Origin: Gemmatimonadales bacterium
Lineage (GTDB): Bacteria; Gemmatimonadota; Gemmatimonadetes; Gemmatimonadales; GWC2-71-9
Direction: 5' to 3'
NCBI GenBank assembly: GCA_044229445.1
Contig: JBGASX010000015.1
Span: 3,753 to 67,752, forward strand
DNA: 64,000 bases
Within the stretch, counting starts at the first letter, position 1. Every line of letters begins with the position of its first letter. Positions 21,729 through 30,700 of the stretch are shown piece by piece. The notes beneath the pieces are model-generated. The model was not told the DNA's origin. It worked only from the letters and a program-made list of their open reading frames with translations, and did no database searches. The position numbers and the translations under genes are program-made.

Positions 21729-22760
21729 ATGCGGCAACGCCCCTCGCTCCCCTCTCGTACCTCGCTGCTCTGCGCTCTCGCAACTTTCGCCGGGTGTCAG
21801 CCCGCAAAATCCCCCAAGCCTCCAGAAAGCCCAACCCAGCCGCAGGTCGCGGCGCCCACCGCATCCGCGGCCGATATCTCCCACGGCGAAGCTGCCATCG
21901 GGACCGCGGGAGTCCCAGCACCCATCTCGGCCGAGGCACCATCGCCGGCGCCCGGGCATCTGAAAGCGCTGCGTCTCGAAATACAGCACGCTCCCATCAC
22001 TATTGATGAGGGAGTGACCTACGATGCGTGGACCTTTGCCGGCGGCGTGCCAGGTCCCGTGCTTCGGGCGACCGTTGGCGACACCGTCGATTTCACGCTC
22101 GTGAACAAGGCCCCGATGCCGCACAGCATGGACTTCCATGCCGCCGAGATTGCGCCGAGCCGCTACTACGTGAACGTGAATCCGGGCGACTCGATGCACT
22201 ATCGATTCGTTCCGCGGGTGCCCGGGGTCTTCATGTACCACTGCGGGACCGCACCCGTGGCGGCGCACATTGCCAACGGGATGTACGGTGCGTTCATCGT
22301 CGACCCGGTGGTTCCGCGGGCGAAAGCCCGCGAGTTCGTGCTCGTGCAGAGCGAGTTCTACCTGTCGCCGGAGGACAGCGGCCACCACGCCCGAAGCCTC
22401 GACTGGCCCAAGGTCCTGGACCAGGCCCCGGACTACGTGGTGTTCAACGGGCGTTCGGCCCAGTATGCGAAGCACCCGATCCCGGTGGCGGTCGGCGAAC
22501 CGCTGCGGATCTACGTCGTCAATGCGGGGCCGAACCGGGTCTCGTCGTTCCATGTGGTCGGCGGAATTTTCGAGCGGGTGTATCTCGATGCGTCGACCAG
22601 CACACCGCTCGCCGGCGTGCAGACCGTCATGGTCCCCGTGGGTGGTGGCGCCATCTTCGAAACCCGACTCCGGGAAGCGGGGACCTATCCCTTTGTGACG
22701 CATGCATTCGCGGACGCAACGAAGGGCGCGATCGGCATGTTCGAGGCGGGGAAACCTTGA
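21729..22760 (+). CDS. nirK: copper-containing nitrite reductase (NirK/AniA-type) lipoprotein
   Basis: ORF 21699..22760 trimmed to ATG 21729. Lipobox LLCALATFAGC. Two cupredoxin domains. The type-1/type-2 Cu ligand pattern is intact: HSMDFH, YHCGTAPVAAHIANGM, FHVVGG and FVTHAF. Confidence 0.65.
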   Translation: MRQRPSLPSRTSLLCALATFAGCQPAKSPKPPESPTQPQVAAPTASAADISHGEAAIGTAGVPAPISAEAPSPAPGHLKALRLEIQHAPITIDEGVTYDAWTFAGGVPGPVLRATVGDTVDFTLVNKAPMPHSMDFHAAEIAPSRYYVNVNPGDSMHYRFVPRVPGVFMYHCGTAPVAAHIANGMYGAFIVDPVVPRAKAREFVLVQSEFYLSPEDSGHHARSLDWPKVLDQAPDYVVFNGRSAQYAKHPIPVAVGEPLRIYVVNAGPNRVSSFHVVGGIFERVYLDASTSTPLAGVQTVMVPVGGGAIFETRLREAGTYPFVTHAFADATKGAIGMFEAGKP

Positions 22761-22797
22761 CGCAGGGTAGGGCGCTTCGCTAGGATTTGCGCCCCAA

Positions 22798-22871
22798 GGC
22801 TGGGTAGCTCAGGTGGTTAGAGCACGGCACTCATAATGCCGGGGTCGGCGGTTCGAATCCGCCCCCAGCTA
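22798..22871 (+). tRNA. tRNA-Met (CAT), elongator type
   Basis: Cloverleaf folded by hand: acceptor GGCTGGG/CCCAGCT (G1-U72 wobble), D arm GCTC-AGGTGGTTA-GAGC, anticodon arm CGGCA-CTCATAA-TGCCG, variable loop GGGTC, T arm GGCGG-TTCGAAT-CCGCC, discriminator A. The sequence closely parallels the E. coli elongator tRNA-Met as I recall it. CCA is not encoded. Confidence 0.95.
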
Positions 22872-22963
22872 TTCCTCTGCAGCGTCCGGGCGGTCGGCTC
22901 CCAGTCGTGGTTGCCCTGTCAACAACGTTCATCACTCAGTGCCGCATCAGGGTGCGAGACCTC

Positions 22964-22989
22964 GGCCCGGGCCACCGCCCGGGCCTTGT
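22964..22989 (+). terminator. GC-rich hairpin downstream of tRNA-Met (possible terminator)
   Basis: GGCCCGGGC-cacc-GCCCGGGCC forms a 9-bp perfect stem followed by TTGT. The T-tract is weak. Confidence 0.4.
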
Positions 22990-23024
22990 CATATCCGGGA
23001 CGGCGATGGACATAAGTCCACCAG

Positions 23025-23957
23025 TTGGCGCAGACACCGCGCCGCGCCTCGCGCCACCTGGCGCTGGTGACCGGCCACTTCAGCAACGACGTCGCTCGCG
23101 CGACCTTCGGCGACACGGAAGCCCTGCACGTCGTGACCACCTGGCCCACGGAGCTGGGGATCCCGTACGACGTGACCGGTACGGCGGGGAACGGTCTTCA
23201 CGGTCTCGACCTGCATCAGATTGACCCGAACCCGTACACGATCTTCATCTTCGTGTGCGGCCCGTGGGTGAATTCCAACAACTGGCATCTCGAACGGTGC
23301 AGGCACGCCTTCAAGATCGGGGTGAATTTGTCCCTCGAGGCCGGCGCCACCCACAGCTTCGACCCGCTGCTGCCGAGGGATCTACCGGGGGAGAGCAACT
23401 CCGACATCGTCTTCGCCGCGCCGCTGGCCAGCGAACCGCTGGCTGGGCTGATCCTGGCCCATGAGCAGTCGGAGTATGGCCCGCGTCAGCGGCATACCCG
23501 CGCGCGGGGAGTGTTCGACGACTTCCTGCGACGGGACCACGTCGTGGCGGTGCCGCTCGATCCCCTGCACATGTACAACATTGCGGGCCTCGAGCGGGCC
23601 GAACAGTTCGACAATATCGTCCGCCAGCCGGATGTCGTACTCACGACGCGCCTGCACGGGATGGTCTTTGCCCTGAAGAATGGCATTCCCGTCGTCGCCG
23701 TCGACGCGATGGCCGGCTGGGCGAAGGTCACGAAGCAGGCCGCCGCCCTCGGCTGGCCGCTGGTCTTCGATGGCGCCACGGTGACCGAGGCAGAGATTCA
23801 GGAGGCCGTGGCGCGCTGCCTGAATGGGGAGTTGCAACCCTGCATAGCGCAGTTGCAGGAGCGGGCGCGACAGAGTGTCCAGCGCATGCATGCCCGCTTC
23901 CACGAGACACTCGCCGCCACACCCATTCCCCCCGTTGGGCCCTCTCTTCCACGCTGA
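23025..23957 (+). CDS. polysaccharide pyruvyl transferase family protein (putative)
   Basis: 310-aa ORF (TTG start in the track; true start uncertain). The C-terminal block PDVVLTTRLHGMVFALKNGIPVVAVD resembles the conserved RLH...G.P core of pyruvyl transferases. Confidence 0.6.
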   Translation: MAQTPRRASRHLALVTGHFSNDVARATFGDTEALHVVTTWPTELGIPYDVTGTAGNGLHGLDLHQIDPNPYTIFIFVCGPWVNSNNWHLERCRHAFKIGVNLSLEAGATHSFDPLLPRDLPGESNSDIVFAAPLASEPLAGLILAHEQSEYGPRQRHTRARGVFDDFLRRDHVVAVPLDPLHMYNIAGLERAEQFDNIVRQPDVVLTTRLHGMVFALKNGIPVVAVDAMAGWAKVTKQAAALGWPLVFDGATVTEAEIQEAVARCLNGELQPCIAQLQERARQSVQRMHARFHETLAATPIPPVGPSLPR

Positions 23958-24238
23958 CGGTGCTGGCCCAGCCATTGGGGAGCACCGGGGCTCGCGAGTC
24001 TCCGAGGGCTGCCCGGGGCCGCCACGGGGAACCACCTCGCTGATTGGCCCCGGTGCGGGCCGTCTCTCGTGCGATGCTCGAGCGCGGTCTGGGCCACGCC
24101 TTGGCGATTGGCCGACTTCTCCCCAGATTGGAGATACCCTCACCCCGCACGCTGGTCCTCGCGGGATCGCCCCTCCTGGATACGAGTCGGCCTGACTTGG
24201 CGCCGCCCTGAGCGGAAAGGTCCGGAAGGCGAACGCGC

Positions 24239-25045
24239 ATGATACTGTTGATCGGTGTGCTGCTGTCATCCGGGCCCGTCGCGGGTCCCGGACCCCGACC
24301 TCGGGTTCCCGCCGAATTTGCGGGGCACCCAAGGCTCGCCGACGCGGCGCGGGTGCTGGCGCAATCCGAAACCGGCCGAGCGGTGATGGCACGCTATCTC
24401 GCGACGGACTACGTCCTCGTCGTGGGGCGGAGTTCGCTGCGGGCCTCCAACACCCGCAGCATCCTCGCCCGTCTCTCGGGGCACCCGCCGGACTTCCTGA
24501 CCGATCATCTCGCGCGCCAGGTCATCCTGTTCAACGACACCCTGCCGGCGGCCACCGTAGCGGTCGGGCTGACCCACGAGATCATCCACGTCCTCGGTGG
24601 CGCCCGTCCCGGCACCCGTGCGCTCGGTGAGGAGGAACTCCGCGCCTGGAACGTCGCGCTCGATTTCTACCTCCGACTCCCCGACAGCCTTCGGGCTGTC
24701 GCGGCACCGAAGTACGGCGCGTATGCTCGCTGGCGGCAGCAGCGGCCCGAGGAGTTCGCCCTCACGATGCGCTGTCAGTATCCCGATACCCCTGGCTGCC
24801 CGGACCCAGGAGTACGCCCGGGCGGCCGGGTCCTCGGGGCACAGGGATCAGAGCCCGCCTCAGCAGCCGGAGCCCTGGATGCGTGCGGGCGCCGGGAATC
24901 GGTGGGCCCTGGGCCCCGGCCAGGGACCCCCGATCACGCCTGGATGCCTTGGGGGGATTGGTCCGACTTTTCGGCACCGGGATTGGCGAACCGATTCCCC
25001 CCGTTTACCCCCTGTCTCCGGGGGAAACCCATCCGAGCCACTTGA
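24239..25045 (+). CDS. hypothetical protein with HExxH motif (possible Zn-metallopeptidase)
   Basis: 268-aa ORF with a hydrophobic N-terminus (MILLIGVLLSS), an HEIIH motif (GLTHEIIHVLGG) and good GC3 bias up to about 24790. The C-terminal third is low complexity, so the true stop or extent is uncertain. Confidence 0.4.
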   Translation: MILLIGVLLSSGPVAGPGPRPRVPAEFAGHPRLADAARVLAQSETGRAVMARYLATDYVLVVGRSSLRASNTRSILARLSGHPPDFLTDHLARQVILFNDTLPAATVAVGLTHEIIHVLGGARPGTRALGEEELRAWNVALDFYLRLPDSLRAVAAPKYGAYARWRQQRPEEFALTMRCQYPDTPGCPDPGVRPGGRVLGAQGSEPASAAGALDACGRRESVGPGPRPGTPDHAWMPWGDWSDFSAPGLANRFPPFTPCLRGKPIRAT

Positions 25046-25230
25046 GGCCGCAACGACGGGCCCTCCGGCTCGTCAGGCGACTGGACACTCTCCCGACCGG
25101 GCTCATCCGGCGGCGGCCCAGGGGCCGTGGGACGCCGGGAGCGCGCGACCGTGATCCGGCCTGCCGTGGTGGTGGACATTGTCCCTTCCCAGCGTATCTT
25201 TTGAAATCCGACAATGCCCATCCCGGTGCA

Positions 25231-25647
25231 ATGACCGCTCCAGCGCCCACCCCGCAGCAGATCGAGCTTGCCCGCGCAAGCTATGAGCGCTGCCTGCGTC
25301 ACGACGATTTCTTCCGCTCGTTCTACGAGCGGTTTCTTGCCAGCGATCCCGCGATCGCCCCGCAGTTCGCCAACACCCGCTTCGAGCGGCAGCACAAGCT
25401 GCTGCAGCACGGACTCGGGCTGCTGCTCAGCTACGCGGGTCGGCCGAATCCGCACCTGCTGGAGCGGATCGCCGAGCGGCATGGCCCGTCGGACATGAAT
25501 GTGCCGTCGAACCAGTACGTCATGTTCCTCGACAGCCTGCTGCATGCGGTGCGGCTCCACGACCCGGAATGCACCCCGGAAACCGAAGAGGCCTGGCGGA
25601 TGGCCCTGCTGCCCGGCGTCGAGTACCTGGAGCACTTCGGGCGATGA
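25231..25647 (+). CDS. single-domain globin family protein
   Basis: ORF 24883..25647 trimmed to ATG 25231. 138 aa with globin-fold landmarks: PQF (CD-region Phe), RQHKLLQHGL (distal region) and IAERHGPSDMNV (proximal His). Confidence 0.7.
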   Translation: MTAPAPTPQQIELARASYERCLRHDDFFRSFYERFLASDPAIAPQFANTRFERQHKLLQHGLGLLLSYAGRPNPHLLERIAERHGPSDMNVPSNQYVMFLDSLLHAVRLHDPECTPETEEAWRMALLPGVEYLEHFGR

Positions 25648-27890
25648 GCGGCACCACGGGAGCGGTCTGCGAGAAGTGCGGCACGGCGGTCGGCCGCGGA
25701 GCCCGGTTCTGCGCCTCGTGCGGAACGGAGGTCTCCAACCCGATCAACGTGACCGGCGAAAGCACGGTCATGGTCTCCAACACGGCGGTGATCAAGGACC
25801 GGTTCCTGGAGACGCTTCGGGATATCACGCTCGGGGAATACGAGATCCTGCTGGAGATCGGCAGCGGCGGGATGGCGTCGGTCTATCTCGCCCACGACAT
25901 CCAGCTCGACCGCAAGGTCGCCATCAAGGCGATGCATCCCCAGCTGCTCCAGGGCGACGGGATGGTGGAGCGGTTCCGGCTCGAGGCCCGGACGGTCGCG
26001 AATCTGAGCCATCCGAACATCGTGCCGATCTACGCGGTCAAGCAGGAGCAGGACCTGCTGCTCTTCGTGATGAAGTTCATCGAAGGCCAGCCGCTCGACG
26101 CGATCATCAAGGGCCAGGCGCCGCTCCCGCCGCTCATGGTGAGCCAGATCCTGAGCCGGGTCGCCGACGCGCTCGGCTACGCCCACCGGCACGGGGTCAT
26201 CCATCGCGACATCAAGCCCGCCAACATCATGGTGGACATCGAGGGCGTTACCGCGTACCAGATGGTCACGGGCAGCCTCCCGTTCGAGGGAGGCAGCGCC
26301 ATGAACATCATGTTCAAGCACGCGCACGAGCCGCCCGCACCGCTCCTCGAGCGGGTCCCCGGCTGTCCGCCGGAACTGGCGGCTGTGATCGAGCGGATGC
26401 TGGCCAAGAAGCCCGAGGATCGCTTTGCCCGGATGGAAGACGTCGTGCGTGCGCTCAACGCGCCGATCATGGATCACGACGATCCGGTCCGCTCGCAGCT
26501 GATCCAGTTTGCGATGCAGGGCGAGAACCGCCGCCTGCTCAAGCGGGTCAGCACCCCTCGGAGCCCGGTGCCGTCCGTCGTCGCGACCTCGGGACCGAAC
26601 CCGAAGACCCGCAGAGCTGCCGCTGCGGCGAAGGTCTCGGCCACCATGGCCGCGGCACCGACGGCGGTGACCGCCGCGCCGGCGCCGCGCCGCAACCCGC
26701 TGCTGATTGCCGGTGCGGTGGTCGCGGTGGCGGCACTCGGCGCGCTGGGCGTGTGGCAACCCTGGAAGAGCCGGGTCCCGGCGACGCCCTCAGCGGTGCA
26801 GGGGCCCGCGGCGGCGACGCCGGAGCCTGCACCCGTCACTCCGGTCACGCACGACTCGGGAGCGACACCAGCCGGCGTGAGGGCCGAATCCACGCTGGCC
26901 GTGGTGGACTCCGCCCCCGCGGCCCCGGTGCCGGCACCCACTGAGCCTCCCAAGGCATCGGTGCAGAAGCCGCAGCCCCCGAAACCACAGCGCCCCGCTG
27001 GCAGAACCGACGTTCCTCCGCCCGGCGCCACTGCCTCGACCTCCCGGCTTGCCCCGCTGCAGTCGGTGCAGGTGAGCGGGCCGAACAGCCTCGCGGTCGG
27101 CGAGAGCGTGACGCTGGACGCTGATGCAATCGATGCCGCCGGACACAGCGTGCCTGGCAGGCAGATCGCATGGAGATCGAGTGCGCCGGACGTCGCGACG
27201 GTGAGTGCCGGCGGTCAGGTCGTCGGACGCCAGCCAGGTCGCGCAATCATCAGCGCGGCCGTGGAACAGGTCAGCGGTTCGATGGCCGTGACGGTGCAGG
27301 CTCCCGCGACCGCCCTCGCCATCACGCCTGGCGATCTCACCCTCGAACTGGGCAAGACCGGCACGCTGTCCGCCAACCTGCTTGGAGGAAGCGGACGCCC
27401 GGCGGATAAGGTGCAATGGAGCTCGGGCGCGCCACAGGTCGCGAGCGTGAGTCCGGATGGCACGGTGACCGCCCGGGCGGTTGGCACCGCGACCATCACG
27501 GCGGTTTCCGCGGGCCGGCAAGCGACGGCATCCGTGACCGTGACGGCGCCTGCCGGTCCCAGTGAGGCGGATCTTCGCACCCAGGCCGAGGCCACGATTC
27601 AGGCCTATGCCCGCGCGATCGAGACGCGCGATGTCGGACGGGTCCGTCAGGTCTTTCCGAGCATGCCGTCCGTGCGGGAGCAGCAGCTCAGGCAGGCGCT
27701 GCCCAACATGAAGAACCTGCAGGTTCGTCTCGCGGTCACCGACCTCCAGATCACCGGCGACGTGGCGACCGCTGTGGTGTCGGGCAAGTGGCAGTTCCAG
27801 GCGAGCGGCCAGCGAAATGAACTGCCCGCGGACAATGTCTATCAGCTCGCTCGCCGCGGTTCCGGCTGGGTGATCACCGAAATCCGTTGA
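25644..27890 (+). CDS. membrane Ser/Thr protein kinase-like protein (zinc ribbon, kinase-like domain lacking DFG..APE, TM, 2x Big_2, NTF2-like)
   Basis: ORF 25569..27890 trimmed to ATG 25644, which forms an ATGA overlap with the globin stop. Elements in order: CEKCGTAVGRGARFCASCG zinc ribbon; GSGGMASVY, VAIK and HRDIKPANIMVD kinase motifs; TM helix LLIAGAVVAVAALGALGVW; two Big_2-like repeats (VQVSGPNSLAVGESVTLDA..., LAITPGDLTLELGKTGTLSA...); a SnoaL/NTF2-like C-terminus. Confidence 0.8.
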   Translation: MSGTTGAVCEKCGTAVGRGARFCASCGTEVSNPINVTGESTVMVSNTAVIKDRFLETLRDITLGEYEILLEIGSGGMASVYLAHDIQLDRKVAIKAMHPQLLQGDGMVERFRLEARTVANLSHPNIVPIYAVKQEQDLLLFVMKFIEGQPLDAIIKGQAPLPPLMVSQILSRVADALGYAHRHGVIHRDIKPANIMVDIEGVTAYQMVTGSLPFEGGSAMNIMFKHAHEPPAPLLERVPGCPPELAAVIERMLAKKPEDRFARMEDVVRALNAPIMDHDDPVRSQLIQFAMQGENRRLLKRVSTPRSPVPSVVATSGPNPKTRRAAAAAKVSATMAAAPTAVTAAPAPRRNPLLIAGAVVAVAALGALGVWQPWKSRVPATPSAVQGPAAATPEPAPVTPVTHDSGATPAGVRAESTLAVVDSAPAAPVPAPTEPPKASVQKPQPPKPQRPAGRTDVPPPGATASTSRLAPLQSVQVSGPNSLAVGESVTLDADAIDAAGHSVPGRQIAWRSSAPDVATVSAGGQVVGRQPGRAIISAAVEQVSGSMAVTVQAPATALAITPGDLTLELGKTGTLSANLLGGSGRPADKVQWSSGAPQVASVSPDGTVTARAVGTATITAVSAGRQATASVTVTAPAGPSEADLRTQAEATIQAYARAIETRDVGRVRQVFPSMPSVREQQLRQALPNMKNLQVRLAVTDLQITGDVATAVVSGKWQFQASGQRNELPADNVYQLARRGSGWVITEIR

Positions 27891-29248
27891 GGTTGCAGAT
27901 GATGGGTGCCCGCCGCGTCGCCGGATTGCTCGCCGCCTCCGTGCTGCTGCTGCTTGCCTGCCGTGAGGTCCTGAGCGATCTGCCCGATCTCCGGGTCCGT
28001 TCCGTCACCGTGTCACCCGATAGCTCCGACCTGGTCATCGGGGCGACAGGGTCGCTGAACGATTTCCCGCTGGATCCCTCCGGCGCCTTTCGCCCCGGAC
28101 GGCCGGTGACCTGGGTCAGCGCCGATCCTTCCATCGCGACGGTGGATGACACCGGTGGCCTCGTGGGAGTCTCCGCGGGCACGGTGACGGTCACGGCGAC
28201 GGTGGATGGGGTGCAGGGCTCGGCCCGGGTCCGCGTTGGGCCGAGACCCGCGATCGGCTTGGCGGGGACCACCGCGACATTCAATTCACAGGCCGGACAG
28301 GCCAGCCCCGCGCCCCAGACCGTGGCGATCACCAACACCGGAGGGCTCTCACTCACCGGGATCGCCTTCGGCACCGTCCAGTACAGCGGCGGTCAGCAGA
28401 ACTGGCTGCTTCCCTCCCTCAGCGGTACGATCGCCCCGGCGACGCTCACTCTGACACCGATCACGACGGGGATCTTCACGGCCGGCACCTACACCGCGAC
28501 CCTGCCCATCACCTCCGCCATCGCGGGAAACAGTCCGCAGACGATCACCGTCACCCTGAACGTCGCGCCCGGACCGCCGGCGGCGCGGGTGCTCACGATC
28601 ACTGCCGGAAACAACCAGACGGCGGCCGCCGGCTCGGCCGTCGCGATCGCGCCGACGGTGCAGGTCAGCGACACCTTCGGCAATCCGGTGTCCGGTCTCT
28701 CGGTGACCTTCACTGCGCTGAGTGGCGGCGGGAGCGTGACGGGTGGGACGGTGCTGACCGATGCCACGGGGCATGCCACCGTCGGGTCATGGACGCTTGA
28801 AGCGAATGGTACCGTACCGGCCAACGGCCTCTATCCCAATCAGCTCCTGGTCACGACTCAGGCCGCGTCATCGGTCGCGCTGCAGGGCAACGCCTACTTC
28901 AGCTACACCACGCACGTGCATCACATGTGGGCCGCGCCTGCCGCAGGCGGCTGCACCTTCTGCCATACGGCGAGCAATGGTCTCGGGGGGCTCAGTCTCG
29001 GAGGGGCCGCAACGCCGACTTACAACCTGCTGTTCAATGTCCCGACGACCTGTCAGTCCGGGCAGCTCGTCGAAGTGGCGCCCGGCGGCGGGGCGACCGC
29101 GGAGGCCGCGAGTCTGCTGATCCAGAAGCTGGACCACACGGCGCCGGCGGCATGTCCGGGCGGGATGCCGAGCGGGACCACCTTCATCCCCGCCGCGATG
29201 CGTGACACCATTCGGGCCTGGATTCGGGCCGGCGCACCGCTCAACTGA
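27887..29248 (+). CDS. lipoprotein with Big_2/Ig-like repeats and a C-terminal CxxCH (putative haem c) module
   Basis: 453-aa ORF. The start is either TTG 27887 (TTGA overlap with the kinase stop) or ATG 27899. Lipobox LLLLAC. Big_2-like segment VTVSPDSSDLVIGATGSL...GTVTVTATV. C-terminal AAGGCTFCHTASNGLGGLSLGG resembles the planctomycete-type cytochrome-c domain. Confidence 0.65.
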   Translation: MRLQMMGARRVAGLLAASVLLLLACREVLSDLPDLRVRSVTVSPDSSDLVIGATGSLNDFPLDPSGAFRPGRPVTWVSADPSIATVDDTGGLVGVSAGTVTVTATVDGVQGSARVRVGPRPAIGLAGTTATFNSQAGQASPAPQTVAITNTGGLSLTGIAFGTVQYSGGQQNWLLPSLSGTIAPATLTLTPITTGIFTAGTYTATLPITSAIAGNSPQTITVTLNVAPGPPAARVLTITAGNNQTAAAGSAVAIAPTVQVSDTFGNPVSGLSVTFTALSGGGSVTGGTVLTDATGHATVGSWTLEANGTVPANGLYPNQLLVTTQAASSVALQGNAYFSYTTHVHHMWAAPAAGGCTFCHTASNGLGGLSLGGAATPTYNLLFNVPTTCQSGQLVEVAPGGGATAEAASLLIQKLDHTAPAACPGGMPSGTTFIPAAMRDTIRAWIRAGAPLN

Positions 29249-29264
29249 GTTGTTCCGCGAAGAT

Positions 29265-29286
29265 CCGCCACCCGATCGGGTGGCGG
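29265..29286. terminator. perfect 22-nt palindrome between convergent genes (possible bidirectional terminator)
   Basis: CCGCCACCCGATCGGGTGGCGG forms a 9-bp stem with a GATC loop. It lies between the stops at 29248 (+) and 29294 (-). There are no flanking T-tracts. Confidence 0.4.
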
Positions 29287-29293
29287 CCTGCCA

Positions 29294-30562
29294 CTAGAAC
29301 GAGCCTTCCAGCCCCGCCGTCCAGATCCAGTCCGGCTGCATTCCCGTCTTCCGCATCGGGGCCATCGCGTTCAGGACCATGATGGCGCCGCCGCGGACCC
29401 GGAACTTCATGCCCAGCGAGAGATTCATCAGTTCGTCACGGCGATTGGCCACGTTCGTGGACGGCACGCGCCGTGAAATCGGCACCTGGTAGACCAGGTC
29501 GCCGGGAAGAGTCTGCTTGCGCGCGCCCACCTGCCAGGAGGTGATCAGTTCGGCCCCCATGGTTGCCCACGATGCCATCAGCTGGTCGAAGCCGATCGTG
29601 GCGAGGAAGGCGTCATTCACCTGGTTGTCGCTCCGCGCCAGATAGCCGACGTTGAGGTGGGGGGCAAAGTCCCCGAACTGGGCCGACGCGATGCCGGAGG
29701 CGCGCACCGAGGTGAAGCCGGAGCCCAGCAGGTTCTTCTCGTTGCCCGTGGGAAAGCGGACCTCGCTGAGGATGGCGGCTCCGAACTTCTTGCCCTGGCC
29801 GAGATTGACCTTCACACGGCCGACCACGTCGCCGATCCCCGAGGCGGAACCAGAGACGCGGGTCGTTGCCCGCATGATCGGGTTGGCCGGGTCACCCCCG
29901 AAATTGTGCACCGTCGAGTTGCCGAACGGGAGGATCTGCGCGGTGCCCGTGCCATCGAGTGTCGTCCGGACGAACGGCACCGCCACGCCCACATCGATGA
30001 AGTCGAGCATCCCCCAGGTGGCGTTGAGGTAGGTGCTCGTGATGTTCATGTCCATGCGGAGGCGGACGGCGATGAGGTCGTTCTCGAAGTCCGGAATGCC
30101 GTAGAGCGAGTCGCCCACATTCTCGTGGCCGAAGTTGAACTCGATGTTGTCGAGCGGGCTTCCGTTCAGTGAGGTGAAGGCGATCTGGGAGACGTAGGCG
30201 CCGAGAAAGAACCGTCCCCGACCGAGCGTCTGCGCCCGCTCACCGAAGATCGGTCCGGGCGAGGTGGAGGACTGCACCGGCAGGCCGCCGATGATGGCGA
30301 AGGTCGTGCCGCTCGAAGTGGCGCTGATCGGCGTCGAAGCGACCGACCGGCCAACCGAGCTTTCCACGAAGCCGATGACCGTCGAAGAGCCCGCCTGGAC
30401 CGCGGGAATGAAATGGTCGCCGTGGCCGCTTCCCACCGAGAGACAGAGAGGCTTGCCGCAGTCGCCAAACGTGAACAGTCCATTGATCTGACTGCTGAGC
30501 GTCTGGGCCTCGGCCGGGACGGCGAGGCAGGCAAGGAGAGCGGCGGTGACCAGCGATCGCAT
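29294..30562 (-). CDS. outer-membrane beta-barrel protein (putative)
   Basis: 422-aa ORF with a signal peptide (MRSLVTAALLACLAVPAEAQ), alternating hydrophobic beta-strand pattern and a C-terminal aromatic residue (...TAGLEGSF). GGAG lies 6 nt before the ATG. Confidence 0.6.
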   Translation of the reverse strand: MRSLVTAALLACLAVPAEAQTLSSQINGLFTFGDCGKPLCLSVGSGHGDHFIPAVQAGSSTVIGFVESSVGRSVASTPISATSSGTTFAIIGGLPVQSSTSPGPIFGERAQTLGRGRFFLGAYVSQIAFTSLNGSPLDNIEFNFGHENVGDSLYGIPDFENDLIAVRLRMDMNITSTYLNATWGMLDFIDVGVAVPFVRTTLDGTGTAQILPFGNSTVHNFGGDPANPIMRATTRVSGSASGIGDVVGRVKVNLGQGKKFGAAILSEVRFPTGNEKNLLGSGFTSVRASGIASAQFGDFAPHLNVGYLARSDNQVNDAFLATIGFDQLMASWATMGAELITSWQVGARKQTLPGDLVYQVPISRRVPSTNVANRRDELMNLSLGMKFRVRGGAIMVLNAMAPMRKTGMQPDWIWTAGLEGSF

Positions 30563-30700
30563 CTGAGACTCCGGGGGGAGGAATTAACGCAGCCAACTTA
30601 CAGTCCGCCTGTGGATGACCGCAATGTCCCGGCAGTCCCGGCTTCCTCCCCCCTTCCGGTCGTCCTCCAGTTCAGGCCCCTCGGCGTGCCCGGCGGTGCC

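Noticed and set aside
22798-25230. Possible genomic island integrated at the tRNA-Met gene.
   Set aside because: No integrase, recombinase or transposase ORF is present. I could not find a direct repeat of the tRNA 3' end downstream by eye. Codon bias of the following genes looks like the rest of the window. A proper check would be a repeat search with the last 20-45 nt of the tRNA and a GC-skew or k-mer analysis.
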